DNA of 64,000 nt from an uncultured bacterium (GTDB lineage: Bacteria > Verrucomicrobiota > Verrucomicrobiia > Verrucomicrobiales > DEV007), in NCBI GenBank assembly GCA_963977015.1, contig CAXBMO010000017.1:1-64000 (forward strand), read 5' to 3'. How positions within the stretch are numbered: position 1 is the first letter of the stretch; each line of letters begins with the position of its first letter. The translations under genes and the position numbers were made by a program. The notes beneath the pieces are model-generated. The model searched no databases. It worked only from the letters and a program-made list of their open reading frames with translations, and was not told where the DNA came from. Positions 17,683-28,527 of this stretch are shown here, piece by piece.

Positions 17683-18939
17683 ATGAACATCCAGGAACAA
17701 GTCCACCAACTCGGAAAACAGGCCAAGGCCGCGGCCCATGAACTGGTCAAGCTCCGCACCGAGGACAAAAACCGGATTCTGCTGGCAATGGCGGACCGGA
17801 TTGAGGCGAATTGCGAGGAGATCCTGGCCGGGAACGCAAAGGATATTGCGGGAGCTGAGGAGAAGGGGCTGACGAAGGCGATGGTCGACCGATTGCGGCT
17901 CGATGAGAAGCGCGTCGCAGCGATCGCAGATGGCGTGCGCCAAGTCGCGTCATTGCCGGATCCGGTCGGCGAGGTTCTGCGGGAGTGGACGCCGAAGAAC
18001 GGGATTCACCACGTGAAAAAGCGGGTACCGATCGGGACGATCGGGATCATCTACGAGTCGCGGCCCAATGTGACGAGCGATGCGGCGGTGCTCTGCTTCA
18101 AGGCGGGAAACGCGACGATTTTGCGCGGCGGCTCGGAGGCGTTTCACTCGAACACCGCCATCGCGAAGGCGCTGGGAGAAGGTGGCGCGGAAGCGGGGAT
18201 GCCGGAGCACGCCATTCAGCTGATTCCATTCACCGACCGCGAAAGCGTGAAGCACATGGCGGAAATGGATCAGTATCTCGACCTGATTGTGCCGCGCGGC
18301 GGAAAGGGGTTGATCGAGACGGTGGTGTCGCTGGCGCGGATGCCGGTGATCAAGCATTACGACGGAATTTGCCACACTTACGTGGATAAGGACGCGGATT
18401 TGGAGATGGCGAAGGCGATCGTGATCAATGCCAAGACGCAAAAACCCAGCGTTTGCAACGCGGAGGAAACCCTGTTGGTCCATCGCGATGTGGCGGAGGA
18501 GTTTCTCCAGGACGCGGGGACGCAACTTCTGGCGCAAAATGTGGAACTTCGCGGCGACGCGGAAACGCAGCAGATCCTTGGTTCCGCCGTCAAGGCGGCG
18601 ACCGACGAGGATTGGGTAACCGAATACCTCGACCTGATCCTGGCGGTCAAGATTGTCGACAGCCTCGATGCGGCGATCGACCACATCAACGAATTCGGCT
18701 CGCAACACAGCGATTGCATCGTGACCGCCAACAAGGCGGCGGCTGACCGTTTTCAGAACGAAATCGACTCGGCCTGCGTTTTCTGGAACGCCTCAACCCG
18801 CTTCAGCGACGGCGAGGAATTCGGCTTCGGCGCGGAGATCGGGATCAGCACTGACAAACTCCACGCCCGCGGGCCGATGGCGTTGGAAGAGCTGACGAGC
18901 TACAAATATCTACTGACGGGAACCGGCCAGGTGAAGTAG
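17683..18939 (+). CDS. proA: Glutamate-5-semialdehyde dehydrogenase
   Basis: IIYESRPNVT, LRGGSEA, PRGG, VCNAEE, NASTRFSDGEEFGFGAEIGISTDKLHARGPM. Confidence 0.98.
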   Translation: MNIQEQVHQLGKQAKAAAHELVKLRTEDKNRILLAMADRIEANCEEILAGNAKDIAGAEEKGLTKAMVDRLRLDEKRVAAIADGVRQVASLPDPVGEVLREWTPKNGIHHVKKRVPIGTIGIIYESRPNVTSDAAVLCFKAGNATILRGGSEAFHSNTAIAKALGEGGAEAGMPEHAIQLIPFTDRESVKHMAEMDQYLDLIVPRGGKGLIETVVSLARMPVIKHYDGICHTYVDKDADLEMAKAIVINAKTQKPSVCNAEETLLVHRDVAEEFLQDAGTQLLAQNVELRGDAETQQILGSAVKAATDEDWVTEYLDLILAVKIVDSLDAAIDHINEFGSQHSDCIVTANKAAADRFQNEIDSACVFWNASTRFSDGEEFGFGAEIGISTDKLHARGPMALEELTSYKYLLTGTGQVK

Positions 18940-19018
18940 CTTCGACTGGCAGTCGAAGTTTGCGGATGAATTTGTTGATGGGTGGGAAGATTCGGATTCG
19001 ACTACCAGTCGAATCTAC
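18936..19018. repeat. REP doublet (REPIN) copy 1, 83 bp
   Basis: GTAG-CTTCGACTGGCAGTCGAAG ... GATTCGACTACCAGTCGAAT-CTAC: two inverted GTAG+palindrome units. Confidence 0.9.
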
Positions 19019-19027
19019 GAGGCCGCG

Positions 19028-19717
19028 ATGAAATTCCAACCGTACGACAGTCGGCAACCTCTCCGCGTTTACTTCACCAACCTGCCACACTGGCGCCAAG
19101 AAGGCTGCACTTATTTCGTCACCTATCGCCTCTTCGACTCCATCCCTTGGCGGAATCTTGAAGTCTGGGAGGAGGAAAAAGTGCATTGGCTGGCCTGCGA
19201 AGGCGTTGATCTCGCCGAAAACGAACCCTGGCAAGACGGCTTCCTCAAACTTCGTGAACGCCGTCAGCGCGCCTTCCTCAAAACCTTCAACCGCAAGTTG
19301 AACGAATACCTCGACGATGGACGGGGTTCCTGCCTGCTTCGCGAACCGGCCTGCTCGCAGATTGTCCTCTCAGGGTGGGAGTATTTTGATTCCGAGCGCT
19401 ACGACTTGCACGACATCGTGGTCATGCCCAATCACGTCCATCTTACCCTCACGCCCTATCCCAACCACGACCTGGAAAAGATCCTGCACAGCCGCAAGGG
19501 ACAGGCCTCGCGGGACATCAACCGACTGCTGGGCCGGCAGGGCAAACTCTGGCAAAAACACAGCTACGATCACCTTGTTCGAGATGGGAATGAGGCTACC
19601 GCCATTTCCGATTACATCGCCCAGAATCCGAAATGGGCGAATCTCCGCGAAGGGGAATTTCAACACCGTAGCTTCGACTGGCAGTCGAAGTTTGCGCAAG
19701 AATTTGGTGACGGGTAG
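19028..19717 (+). CDS. REP-associated tyrosine transposase (RAYT, Y1/HUH)
   Basis: LPHW...TYFVTYRL, VVMPNHVH, LWQ..SYDHLVR, YIAQNP; flanked by REP doublets. Confidence 0.92.
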   Translation: MKFQPYDSRQPLRVYFTNLPHWRQEGCTYFVTYRLFDSIPWRNLEVWEEEKVHWLACEGVDLAENEPWQDGFLKLRERRQRAFLKTFNRKLNEYLDDGRGSCLLREPACSQIVLSGWEYFDSERYDLHDIVVMPNHVHLTLTPYPNHDLEKILHSRKGQASRDINRLLGRQGKLWQKHSYDHLVRDGNEATAISDYIAQNPKWANLREGEFQHRSFDWQSKFAQEFGDG

Positions 19718-19750
19718 GGAGATTCGGATTCGACTGACAGTCGAATCTAC
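19668..19750. repeat. REP doublet (REPIN) copy 2, 83 bp
   Basis: Direct repeat of 18936-19018 with 8 mismatches by manual alignment. Confidence 0.9.
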
Positions 19751-19829
19751 GGCGCGGCGACGCGTTCGGCGATGAACGTCTGCCGTTTCGAATCGGCTCA
19801 CAATTCGCGTTTGTGCCAACCTGACGGAA

Positions 19830-22070
19830 ATGCGAGGCTTCGGGGTGAAGCCCACCCCTTTCGTTGCCCTTGTCCTTTGCTTTGTACTCCCCATGGCCGC
19901 TTTTTCCGAAACTGGATCTGTTCGCAAACCTCTTCCGAGCCAGGAGGTGATTGCGAAGTTGCCGGCCGATGGCGGGGAGGAGTTCAATCGCCTGATTTTC
20001 TCGCAAAGCCCGTATCTGCTCCAGCACGCGCGGAACACGGTTGACTGGCATCCGTGGGGCGAGGAGGCGTTTGCGCTGGCGGCGAAGGAGGACAAACCGG
20101 TTTTCCTGAGTGTCGGTTACTCGACCTGCCATTGGTGCCATGTGATGGAACACGAGTCGTTTGAGGACGAGGAAGTCGGGAAGAAGATCAATGAGAACTA
20201 CATCGCGATCAAAGTGGACCGGGAGGAGCGTCCGGACATCGACGAGGTTTACATGACGGTAACGCAGTCGCTAACCGGTGGTGGCGGCTGGCCGATGACG
20301 GTGATCATGACGGCGGACAAGAAGCCCTTTTTCGCAGGAACCTATTTCCCGAAGAACGATCAACCGGGACGACGCGGGCTGATGTCGACCTTGGATCTGG
20401 TGAACGATTATTGGGCGAACAATCGGCAGGCGCTGCTCGATGACGCGAACAACATCACCAAATTGTTGAAGGAGAGCATGGAATCGCAGGAGGGCGATGT
20501 GGATCCGGAAGCGGTGATTCAGCAAACCTTTGATGGATTGGCGGAGAGGCATGATGCGAAGCATGGCGGCTTCGGTTCCGCGCCCAAGTTTCCGGTCCCG
20601 CCAAACCTGTCCTTCCTGTTGCGTTACCATCAGCAAACGGGCAACGCCAAGGCGTTGGAAATGGTGGAGAACCAATTGACGGCGATGCGAAAGGGGGGCG
20701 TCTACGATCACGTCGGCTTCGGGATTCATCGTTATTCGACGGATCCGATCTGGCTGCTGCCGCATTTTGAAAAGATGCTTTATGATCAGGCGCTCGCCGC
20801 AATCGCCTATATCGAGGCGTATCAAGCGACGGGAAATGCGTTGTACGCCGATACGGCGAAGGAGATTTTCACCTATGTGCTGCGCGACATGACGAGCGAG
20901 ACGGGAGGGTTCTACAGCGCGGAGGATGCGGACAGCGAGGGCGTGGAAGGCAAGTTCTACGTCTGGACACCGAAAGAGGTGATCGAGGTGTTGGGCGAAG
21001 AGGACGGCGCGATCTTCAATCAGATTTTCAGCATCACGGAGGATGGAAATTTCGTGGAAGAAGCCAAGCGGGTCCGAACGGGAGACAGCATTCCCCACCT
21101 GAAGCTTACCATCGGAGAACTCGCGCAGCGCATCAAGCAGGAGCCAGCCCAGTTGGCCGAAAGGATCGAGGGAATGCGCGCGAAGCTGTTTGCGCATCGC
21201 GAAAGCCGGGTTCACCCGATCAAGGACGACAAGATCCTGACCGATTGGAACGGGTTGATGATCGCGGCATTGGCGAAGGCGGCGCAGGCGTTCGATTCGG
21301 CTGAGTATCGCGACGCGGCGATGAAAGCGGCGGACTTCGTTTTAACGACGTTGCGCGACGAGAACGGGCGACTGCTGAAACGCTATCGTGCGGGAGAAGC
21401 GGGGCTGACGGCTCACCTGGAAGATTACGCGTTTGTGGTTTGGGGGCTGATTGATCTCTACGAGGCGACATTCGAGACGCGTTTCCTCGAAGCGGCGATC
21501 GAGCTGACCGACTCCACGCTGGAACATTTTTGGGACGACAAAGAGGGCGCGTTTTTCATGACGGCGGATGATGCGGAGGAACTTCTGGTTCGATCGAAAA
21601 AGCTGTATGGAGGGGCGATCCCGTCAGGAAACGCCGTTTCCGCGCTGAATCTGGTTCGCCTGCATCGCATCACGGCGCGACCGGAGTTTGAGGAGCGCTT
21701 TCACGCGCTGATCCAGGGATTCGGCAAACAGATCGCGCAATCGCCGAGCTCATTTCCGCTCGTGATGACGGCGATCGATTTTCAACACGGTTCGTCCAAG
21801 GAGATCGTCGTCACCGGCGACCTCGCAGCTCCGGATACCCAGGCGATGCTGGCGGCGATTCGCACGCCGTTTCTCCCCAACAAAGTCGTCGTCTTTCGTT
21901 CGCCCGGCGAGGAAAGCCCGATCACGAAATTGGCGCCCTACACGGAATCCCAACTCCCGATCGATGGCAACGCGACGGCTTACGTTTGCGAAAACTTTGC
22001 CTGCCATTTGCCAACGACCGATCTCGCGAAGATGATCGAACTGATCGGCATTCAGCCTGCGAACAAGTGA
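19830..22070 (+). CDS. Thioredoxin-domain protein, YyaL/DUF255 family
   Basis: [58 protein letters not shown]. Confidence 0.93.
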   Translation: MRGFGVKPTPFVALVLCFVLPMAAFSETGSVRKPLPSQEVIAKLPADGGEEFNRLIFSQSPYLLQHARNTVDWHPWGEEAFALAAKEDKPVFLSVGYSTCHWCHVMEHESFEDEEVGKKINENYIAIKVDREERPDIDEVYMTVTQSLTGGGGWPMTVIMTADKKPFFAGTYFPKNDQPGRRGLMSTLDLVNDYWANNRQALLDDANNITKLLKESMESQEGDVDPEAVIQQTFDGLAERHDAKHGGFGSAPKFPVPPNLSFLLRYHQQTGNAKALEMVENQLTAMRKGGVYDHVGFGIHRYSTDPIWLLPHFEKMLYDQALAAIAYIEAYQATGNALYADTAKEIFTYVLRDMTSETGGFYSAEDADSEGVEGKFYVWTPKEVIEVLGEEDGAIFNQIFSITEDGNFVEEAKRVRTGDSIPHLKLTIGELAQRIKQEPAQLAERIEGMRAKLFAHRESRVHPIKDDKILTDWNGLMIAALAKAAQAFDSAEYRDAAMKAADFVLTTLRDENGRLLKRYRAGEAGLTAHLEDYAFVVWGLIDLYEATFETRFLEAAIELTDSTLEHFWDDKEGAFFMTADDAEELLVRSKKLYGGAIPSGNAVSALNLVRLHRITARPEFEERFHALIQGFGKQIAQSPSSFPLVMTAIDFQHGSSKEIVVTGDLAAPDTQAMLAAIRTPFLPNKVVVFRSPGEESPITKLAPYTESQLPIDGNATAYVCENFACHLPTTDLAKMIELIGIQPANK

Positions 22071-22369
22071 AGAAACACGAATGGAAAGAACGGACGGAAG
22101 ACGGGCCACGCCTGTTTATCGCCTCGCATCACGGGGCAGAATGGAATTTGCGGTCCAAATTGAAGTCCGAGGAGGAATGGACTTACCACGATCCGATTGA
22201 GTTGGAGCATTGGGTGGCGCTTCGCGACATCCTCTGGCGGAAGTACCAACGCAAACGGCTTCCGTTCAGCCAGATCGAGCAAATCGACAAGACGATTGAA
22301 AAGATGCGGGAGGAATTGCCGCCTCCGCCCCCGCTTGAGACGATTGAGGCAAGCGACGAGGAAGAGTGA
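22067..22369 (+). CDS. Hypothetical protein
   Basis: GTG overlaps the upstream TGA; 100 aa; RKYQRKR motif. Confidence 0.65.
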   Translation: MKKHEWKERTEDGPRLFIASHHGAEWNLRSKLKSEEEWTYHDPIELEHWVALRDILWRKYQRKRLPFSQIEQIDKTIEKMREELPPPPPLETIEASDEEE

Positions 22370-22375
22370 ACGGTC

Positions 22376-22843
22376 CTACTCCGGAACCAGCTTCACGCCG
22401 TCCGGCCAATACGCGCCTTCCTTGATCCAGTCGTAGATCAGCTTCCGCTCCTTGTAGGGAAGCTTGTGCGGAGTCGCCAAGTCCGGCCCGGAAGTGCTGT
22501 CGCGTGTCAGCATCAACACCTGATAGAACATGCTGGCTTCCGGATCTTCCGCGATGATGACAGGACCACCACGCCAGGAGTTGTTGGCCGTTTTCCGCGT
22601 TTCCAGATTCAACCCGCGTTTCGCATCGCCGGAATGGTGACACTTGAGGCATCTCGCTTCCAGAATCGGCTTGATGTGGAGATTGAAATCGACGGTTGCC
22701 TCCGGCGCTTTCGACTTGCCGAGCATTGGAATGTCGGGCAGATCCGGCAATCGCGATGAGGAACCGTCTGAACACGACGAAAGGGAAAAGGTTCCGACGG
22801 ATAGGGCAATGAGCGAAAGAACGGGGAGGAGGCGTGATGTCAT
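22376..22843 (-). CDS. Lipoprotein with planctomycete-type cytochrome c domain
   Basis: LSSC lipobox, IKPILEARCLKCH, WIKEGA.WP. Confidence 0.8.
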   Translation of the reverse strand: MTSRLLPVLSLIALSVGTFSLSSCSDGSSSRLPDLPDIPMLGKSKAPEATVDFNLHIKPILEARCLKCHHSGDAKRGLNLETRKTANNSWRGGPVIIAEDPEASMFYQVLMLTRDSTSGPDLATPHKLPYKERKLIYDWIKEGAYWPDGVKLVPE

Positions 22844-23002
22844 TGGGGAAGTGAAAAATCGAAGGTTGTCAGGATAGAACTCTTTGTTATCCAAAAGCCG
22901 AAAAAAGATCAAGTCACGTTCGACAAATCCTGGTCTGGAATCAGAACGAGGGAATGGATTTTCAGTTTCGAATTACAAAGCTCCAGTTAGATTGACGGTC
23001 CA

Positions 23003-23890
23003 ATGCCGGATGACTATCAAATCCTTCTTTATTACCGTTATCAGCCGATTTCCGATCCGGAGTCGTTTGTCGAGGAACATCGCGCATTTTGCGAAGAACT
23101 GGAGCTTCGCGGCCGCATTTTGATTGGCCACGAAGGGATCAATGGAACCGTTTCGGGCAAAACCGCGACGACGGAACGCTACATGGAAGCCCTGATTGCC
23201 GACGAGCGAACCAAAGGGATCGAATTCAAGGTCGACCCCGCCCCGGATCACGCCTTCAAGAAGTTGTCCGTCAAATTCCGCTCCGAAATCGTCACCCTGG
23301 GCCTCGACGAAGAAGACGTTGACCCGAATGAAGTCACCGGAAAACGGCTTTCGCCCAAAGAATGGCTCGAAACGATGGAAACCGAGGACCCGATCATCAT
23401 CGATGGCCGGAATGATTACGAAAGTGCGCTGGGCCACTTCAAAGGAGCGATTTGCCCCGACGTGGGGAACTTCCGCGACTTTCCCAAGTGGATTCAGGAA
23501 AACCTGGCCGACGCCAAGGATCGCAAGGTCCTGACCTATTGCACCGGCGGCATTCGCTGCGAGAAACTTTCCGGCTACCTCGTCAAGGAAGGCTTCCAGG
23601 ACGTGAGCCAATTGGATGGTGGAATTGTGAAATACGGAAAGGATCCGGAAACCCAGGGCAAGAACTTCGACGGGCTCTGTTACGTGTTCGACGAGCGCAT
23701 CGCCGTGGAATCCAATTTCACGGAAACGCGGAAGGTCATCAGCCGCTGCGAAAAGTGCGGGGAAGAATGCGCCCGCTACCGCAATTGCGCCTGGCCTGAT
23801 TGCAACCGACAGCACTTTCTCTGTGAGAGTTGCGAAGAAACCAAGGGGCGCTATTGCAGTGAGAATTGTGAGGCTGGAGCGCAGGTTTGA
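23003..23890 (+). CDS. trhO: tRNA uridine(34) hydroxylase (UPF0176 rhodanese)
   Basis: GRILIGHEGINGT, DGRNDYE, YCTGGIRCEK, LDGGIVKY, YVFDER. Confidence 0.92.
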   Translation: MPDDYQILLYYRYQPISDPESFVEEHRAFCEELELRGRILIGHEGINGTVSGKTATTERYMEALIADERTKGIEFKVDPAPDHAFKKLSVKFRSEIVTLGLDEEDVDPNEVTGKRLSPKEWLETMETEDPIIIDGRNDYESALGHFKGAICPDVGNFRDFPKWIQENLADAKDRKVLTYCTGGIRCEKLSGYLVKEGFQDVSQLDGGIVKYGKDPETQGKNFDGLCYVFDERIAVESNFTETRKVISRCEKCGEECARYRNCAWPDCNRQHFLCESCEETKGRYCSENCEAGAQV

Positions 23891-24035
23891 TTCCCCCTTG
23901 TTCTAACCGTTAAAAAACCTCTCAAACTTTCTCATTCTGTTTCGAAAAGAGGCTTGATCAATCCCCGGAAAAAGTCTTCTCTAGCGGCACACCGACTACT
24001 GGTGCTTTGAACAAGCCACACAAACAACGAAACTC

Positions 24036-24395
24036 ATGAGCCAGAGCAAGAATATCCTCTCCAGCGACGTCGAAATTCAGGGAAAACTGAAGTTCGCCGA
24101 AGACCTTATCATCGACGGAAAAATCGAGGGAGAGGTTGAATCCAACGGTCATCTTACGATCGGTGAAAACGCTCAAACCAAAGGCGAAATCAAAACCAAA
24201 TCTCTGGTGGTTTTCGGCAAGGTGGAAGGAAACATCACCGTTCAAGAGCGTTGTGAACTCAAGTCGAGCACCGAGATTGTCGGTGACATCGCAGCAGGTT
24301 CACTTTCGATGGAAGAAGGCGCAAGTTTCGTTGGCGCCTCCAAAGTGGGACGCGCGGCAGCGGCACAAGGTGCTGGCGGTCCTCGCCCAGCCTAA
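24036..24395 (+). CDS. Bactofilin (polymer-forming cytoskeletal protein)
   Basis: IDGKIEGEV, GKVEGNI, GDI...LSMEEGASFVG repeats. Confidence 0.92.
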   Translation: MSQSKNILSSDVEIQGKLKFAEDLIIDGKIEGEVESNGHLTIGENAQTKGEIKTKSLVVFGKVEGNITVQERCELKSSTEIVGDIAAGSLSMEEGASFVGASKVGRAAAAQGAGGPRPA

Positions 24396-24452
24396 GTCAG
24401 AAACTCGGTAGAGAGTTCGGCCCGAGTAAAACCCGGCCCAAGTCGGCAAACT

Positions 24453-24479
24453 CGGCTCACCCGCAGGGTGGCGCCCTAC
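24453..24479 (-). repeat. REP-like element of a second family
   Basis: Minus strand GTAG-GGCGCCACCCTGCGGGTGAGCCG; possible decayed partner GTAG at 24408. Confidence 0.45.
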
Positions 24480-25156
24480 TTTTCGTCCAACTTGCCTTGG
24501 GTTCCCACCCAGTTTGCGGCGTGGCAGATCAGCTCACGCATGGTCTCGGCTTGGAGCTTGGATTTGATCTGGCGATAGTGGGTTTCGACCGTTTTGTCTC
24601 CGATATGGAGTCGCGAGGCAATCCCTGCGGTTGAAAGCCCGATCCCCATCAGTTCGAAAACCTCCAATTGCCGGTCCGAAAGGCTGGCGACTGCGGCCTT
24701 GTGACTGATGTCCTGATCGCCCGACGGTTTGCGAAACCGGGACAGCAGCCGGGTTCTCGCTCGTTCGCTGAGATAAACGTGTCCTTCCGCAACCTTGCGG
24801 ATCGCATCCACCACCAAATCGGGTGCTTCATCCTTTGAAACAAACCCTTGAGCTCCCGCGTCCAGCACTCGCTCCGCATAGATGTTTTCATCGTGCATCG
24901 AAATCACCAGGATCGCGCCTTTGAAATCGGCATGACGCAAATCCCGGATGACGCTCAACCCGTGATAGTCTCTCAGGGTTAGATCCAGGAGCAGAACATC
25001 GGTCTGGGCTTCCATCGTCTTCTGAGCAGCCCCGATCCCCTCATCGCATTCTCCGCAGATTTCCATATCGGTCTCCATCTCAATGGACAACCGGAGACCG
25101 GCCCGGAAAAACGGATGGTCATCAACGATAAAGACCCGGATGATTTCTTGGTTCAT
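24476..25156 (-). CDS. NarL/LuxR-family response regulator
   Basis: VDDHP, LLDL, GFVSK, LSDRQLEVF..TVETH HTH. Confidence 0.93.
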   Translation of the reverse strand: MNQEIIRVFIVDDHPFFRAGLRLSIEMETDMEICGECDEGIGAAQKTMEAQTDVLLLDLTLRDYHGLSVIRDLRHADFKGAILVISMHDENIYAERVLDAGAQGFVSKDEAPDLVVDAIRKVAEGHVYLSERARTRLLSRFRKPSGDQDISHKAAVASLSDRQLEVFELMGIGLSTAGIASRLHIGDKTVETHYRQIKSKLQAETMRELICHAANWVGTQGKLDEK

Positions 25157-26958
25157 AGATGTAACCTCTCAATTTGAAGAGTCTCCAATTCCTTGACGGG
25201 AAGACGGCAAACGATTTGAACTCCTGGCCTGCCGATTCCTGTCTCGATACGAAATGACCCTCCCAGTATTCGAGCGCGGTAGGCAATGGATCGCAAGCCT
25301 AAACCGTTCTCATCCCCTCGTTCGACGAGTTCCTGCAAGGCAATCGGGTCCCCTTCACCATCATCCAGAATCGCCAGAAACACGTAGGCGCCGGTCGACC
25401 AGAATCGCACATCGACCCGCTTCGCCCTTCCATGGCGGAGCGCATTCCGAACGGCTTCCTGGGTAATGAGATGCAGCTGAGTCGCCATCGTGCTGCTGAG
25501 TTCGCGAGTTCGCAGCGATACGTCGAGATGCAATTCCAGCTCGGGATTCCGTTGCCGAAGCTCTTCGAGGTGCGAACGCAGCGCTTGTTGCAATGACTGG
25601 CCTTCGACTGTGATTGGCGCCATTCCCCGCGCCAAGTCACGGGTAAACTTGGTCGACTCATTGAGCCGGCGCACATTTTCCTCCGCTTCGGCCGACAAAT
25701 CGCCCAATCCGGCCTGATCCAGCTTTTTCGCCAAGACCTTGGCCCGAAATCCCATTCCGCTGAGGCGCTGACACAAATCGTCGTGGAGCTCGACTCCAAT
25801 CCTCATCTTCTCCCGCTCCGTCGCATTCAAAACCTCTTTCTCAAGCCGCCGCTCATTGGTGATATCAATCCCGAGCACGTACACTCCCGTAATCTCCCCC
25901 TCGGTGCCTTGTTGCGGAATATAGCAAACCCTGAGCATCATGTTTCCCAACTTTGGCGTTTCAACCTCCGCCTCAAAAATTAGTTCCTCGCCTTCCAAGG
26001 CCTTCTCAAGCCTGGGCTTCATTCGCTCCCAGACAGTTTCTCCCAACAACTCTTCAACCGGCAGATCGCGAAATTTTTCGATACTGACCCCAAAAGCTTT
26101 CTCATACTTTCGATTCACAAAGGCGTAACGCAGATTGCGGTCGACCACCGAGAAAAACCCTGGAACGTTTTCCGCAATCATCCGGAGATTTTGCGTTCGC
26201 TCCTCAACCCGCCGTTTCAAGCTCGCGGCCAACTCAAGAAGCTCGCTTTCATGGCGCTTCCGCTCGGTGACGTCAAAACTGACCCCCACCAAAGCGATAA
26301 TTTCGCCCCTGGAATCGAAAGTCATGGAAGCCTTCTCTTCAATCCATCGAAACGTTCCATCTTCTTTTTCCACTCGAAATTCGAACGCATAATCGCTCTT
26401 CTCTGCCAACGCCCGGGTGCTCGCTTCTTCGACACTCTTTCGATCGTCCGGATGAATGACTTCCAGGAATTCTTCCATGGTCGCCTTTCGTTTGGAAGAA
26501 GGAAACCCAAACAACTGGCCAAGGCGCTCGTCAAAGGTGCAAATTCCTGAGGTGTAGTCGAACTCCCAAACCCCCATCTTCCCACCGGCCAAAGCCAGCC
26601 TCAATCGATGATCAATGCGACGCTTTTCCGTGGAATCGGTAAAAAACACGGTAACGCCACCATTCGGCGACCGATGGAAGCGACAATTGTACCAGCTCTC
26701 CAGCGGCGCATAGTATTCCTCCAACTCGCGAACCAATCCGTCATCCCTTACCTTGAGAATGGTCTCATAGAACCGGGTGCTGGTGATTTCCGGAAACACT
26801 TCGTCAAACTTGCGCCCCAGCATTTCATCGCGATTCGTTCCCAGGACCTTGGTTGCCTGCGTGTTGACGTAAATGTAGCGGAGATCCGAATCCATCGAGA
26901 GAATCGAGTCTGAGACACCTTCCAAGACTTCTTGAATCTGCAGTTCATCAGCTTTCAT
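25153..26958 (-). CDS. PAS-domain sensor histidine kinase (HisKA_3)
   Basis: Three PAS-like domains, ELHDDLCQRL, EAVRNALRH, DDGEG, GLGL. Confidence 0.92.
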   Translation of the reverse strand: MKADELQIQEVLEGVSDSILSMDSDLRYIYVNTQATKVLGTNRDEMLGRKFDEVFPEITSTRFYETILKVRDDGLVRELEEYYAPLESWYNCRFHRSPNGGVTVFFTDSTEKRRIDHRLRLALAGGKMGVWEFDYTSGICTFDERLGQLFGFPSSKRKATMEEFLEVIHPDDRKSVEEASTRALAEKSDYAFEFRVEKEDGTFRWIEEKASMTFDSRGEIIALVGVSFDVTERKRHESELLELAASLKRRVEERTQNLRMIAENVPGFFSVVDRNLRYAFVNRKYEKAFGVSIEKFRDLPVEELLGETVWERMKPRLEKALEGEELIFEAEVETPKLGNMMLRVCYIPQQGTEGEITGVYVLGIDITNERRLEKEVLNATEREKMRIGVELHDDLCQRLSGMGFRAKVLAKKLDQAGLGDLSAEAEENVRRLNESTKFTRDLARGMAPITVEGQSLQQALRSHLEELRQRNPELELHLDVSLRTRELSSTMATQLHLITQEAVRNALRHGRAKRVDVRFWSTGAYVFLAILDDGEGDPIALQELVERGDENGLGLRSIAYRARILGGSFRIETGIGRPGVQIVCRLPVKELETLQIERLHL

Positions 26959-27295
26959 TCTCAGAGGAACAGTTGGGGTATTTTGTCAGCGGGGTGGGAC
27001 GGCCTCTGAATTCATCTTCAGAAGCCAAGCTTTTCTCAAAAATGCAAATCCAGGAGAATACCTCGCGTACTGTTCCCAAACCCGCACACATCAGGATAAG
27101 TATTAACCCACCATTGCGAATATAACAAGTTCTCAAATCTGAGACGCCATGGTAAAACTAGAGCGTTGTCAGGATTCAGATCATGTTCCGAATCTAAGCA
27201 GCGTCCCCGAGAGAGAACTTAGGGTTCGGTGGTAGAACCACATTGGAGGCAATCAATGGGCAAAGTTTCTCTCTTGGGGCGCCGCTGATTCGCCA

Positions 27296-28420
27296 TCAAG
27301 GAGACTCCGGCCAGACCTCCACTCGCTTCACTCGCTGGGTAATTCCTGTCAAAATTTCCCACGAAATCGTGCCCGCCTTCTCCGCGATTTCCGTCGCCAG
27401 AATCGGGCGGCCAGACCGCTCCTGCTCTCCGATCAACACCACTTCATCTCCCGCCCCCGGCAGTGGATCCAGCCCGGAGACATCCACCATGATCTGATCC
27501 ATCGTTACCCGGCCCAACACGGGGCAACGCTTGCCGTTGATCAACACCTCGGCTCCCTGATTCGAGAGATGACGAGGATAGCCATCCCCGTATCCGGCCC
27601 CCACCGTGGCAACCTGCACCGGTTTGCTCGTCACAAACGTTCGCCCGTAACTGATGCCCCGGCCGGCCGGAAGTTCTCGAACCAAGGTCACGCGCGACTT
27701 CAAACTCATCACCGGTCGCAACCGGTCCTGAAGTGCCGGCAATGGCGACAAGCCATACAGCATCAAACCTGGCCTCATCAGCGTTGCAAAGGGTTGCTCC
27801 CCGGCAAACCCCAACAAACCCGCACTATTGCTGAGATGAACTTCGCTCAAATCTGGAATCTCGCCGAGCAATTCACCAATTCGGGCAATCTGTTCCCGGG
27901 TGTAAGCTTCGTCTTCGTCGGCTGAAGGAAAATGCGTCGCCACGCCTTCCAAACGCACATGCTCCAAGTCCCTGATTCGTGCCACCAAATCCAACACCTC
28001 GCTTTCGAGGCACCCCATTCGCCCCATGCCAGAATCAATCGCCAAATGCGCGGAAACCGGCTTGCCGAATTGCGCAAAGGCTTCCGCCTCAGCCCAGGAG
28101 GAAAGCACGACCACAAATCCCTGATCCACCGCCAACTCACGCTCGTGCGGCAAAATGGGCCCCAATACCAGGACCTTCTCACCGGAATTTGCCGCGACCA
28201 CCAGCCCTTCCTCAACGTTGGCGACTCCGAACCAGGTTACTTCTCCGGCCAACGCCTTCACGATCCGGGCCAAACCATGCCCATAGGCATCCGCCTTCAC
28301 CACGGCCATGATTTCACGTCCCCCGGAAAACTCCCGCGCGACCTTCAGATTGTGACGCAGAGCGCCCGGATCAATCTCCGACCAGGTTCGCAGGAATTCT
28401 TCGTTGGTTGGTTTACTCAC
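27296..28420 (-). CDS. alr: Alanine racemase
   Basis: AVVKADAYGHG, DSGMGRMG, RPGLMLYG, SYG, GYGDG, GRVTMDQ. Confidence 0.97.
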   Translation of the reverse strand: MSKPTNEEFLRTWSEIDPGALRHNLKVAREFSGGREIMAVVKADAYGHGLARIVKALAGEVTWFGVANVEEGLVVAANSGEKVLVLGPILPHERELAVDQGFVVVLSSWAEAEAFAQFGKPVSAHLAIDSGMGRMGCLESEVLDLVARIRDLEHVRLEGVATHFPSADEDEAYTREQIARIGELLGEIPDLSEVHLSNSAGLLGFAGEQPFATLMRPGLMLYGLSPLPALQDRLRPVMSLKSRVTLVRELPAGRGISYGRTFVTSKPVQVATVGAGYGDGYPRHLSNQGAEVLINGKRCPVLGRVTMDQIMVDVSGLDPLPGAGDEVVLIGEQERSGRPILATEIAEKAGTISWEILTGITQRVKRVEVWPESP

Positions 28421-28527
28421 TCATCGAAAGATTTACGCCTCTTCGCGACCGGCTTCAAGAGCAACGCCGAAAAGCTCGGGAAGTATCGCTTGCCAAAAAC
28501 TTGAACCCTCAGTCTAAATTACTCTCC

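Noticed and set aside
18936-19750. CRISPR-like repeats
   Set aside because: Only two 83-bp units flanking a RAYT; no spacer array and no cas genes anywhere in the window.
26960-27295. AT-richer intergenic stretch as a possible ncRNA or small ORF
   Set aside because: No recognisable RNA structure or credible protein; most simply the kinase promoter region.
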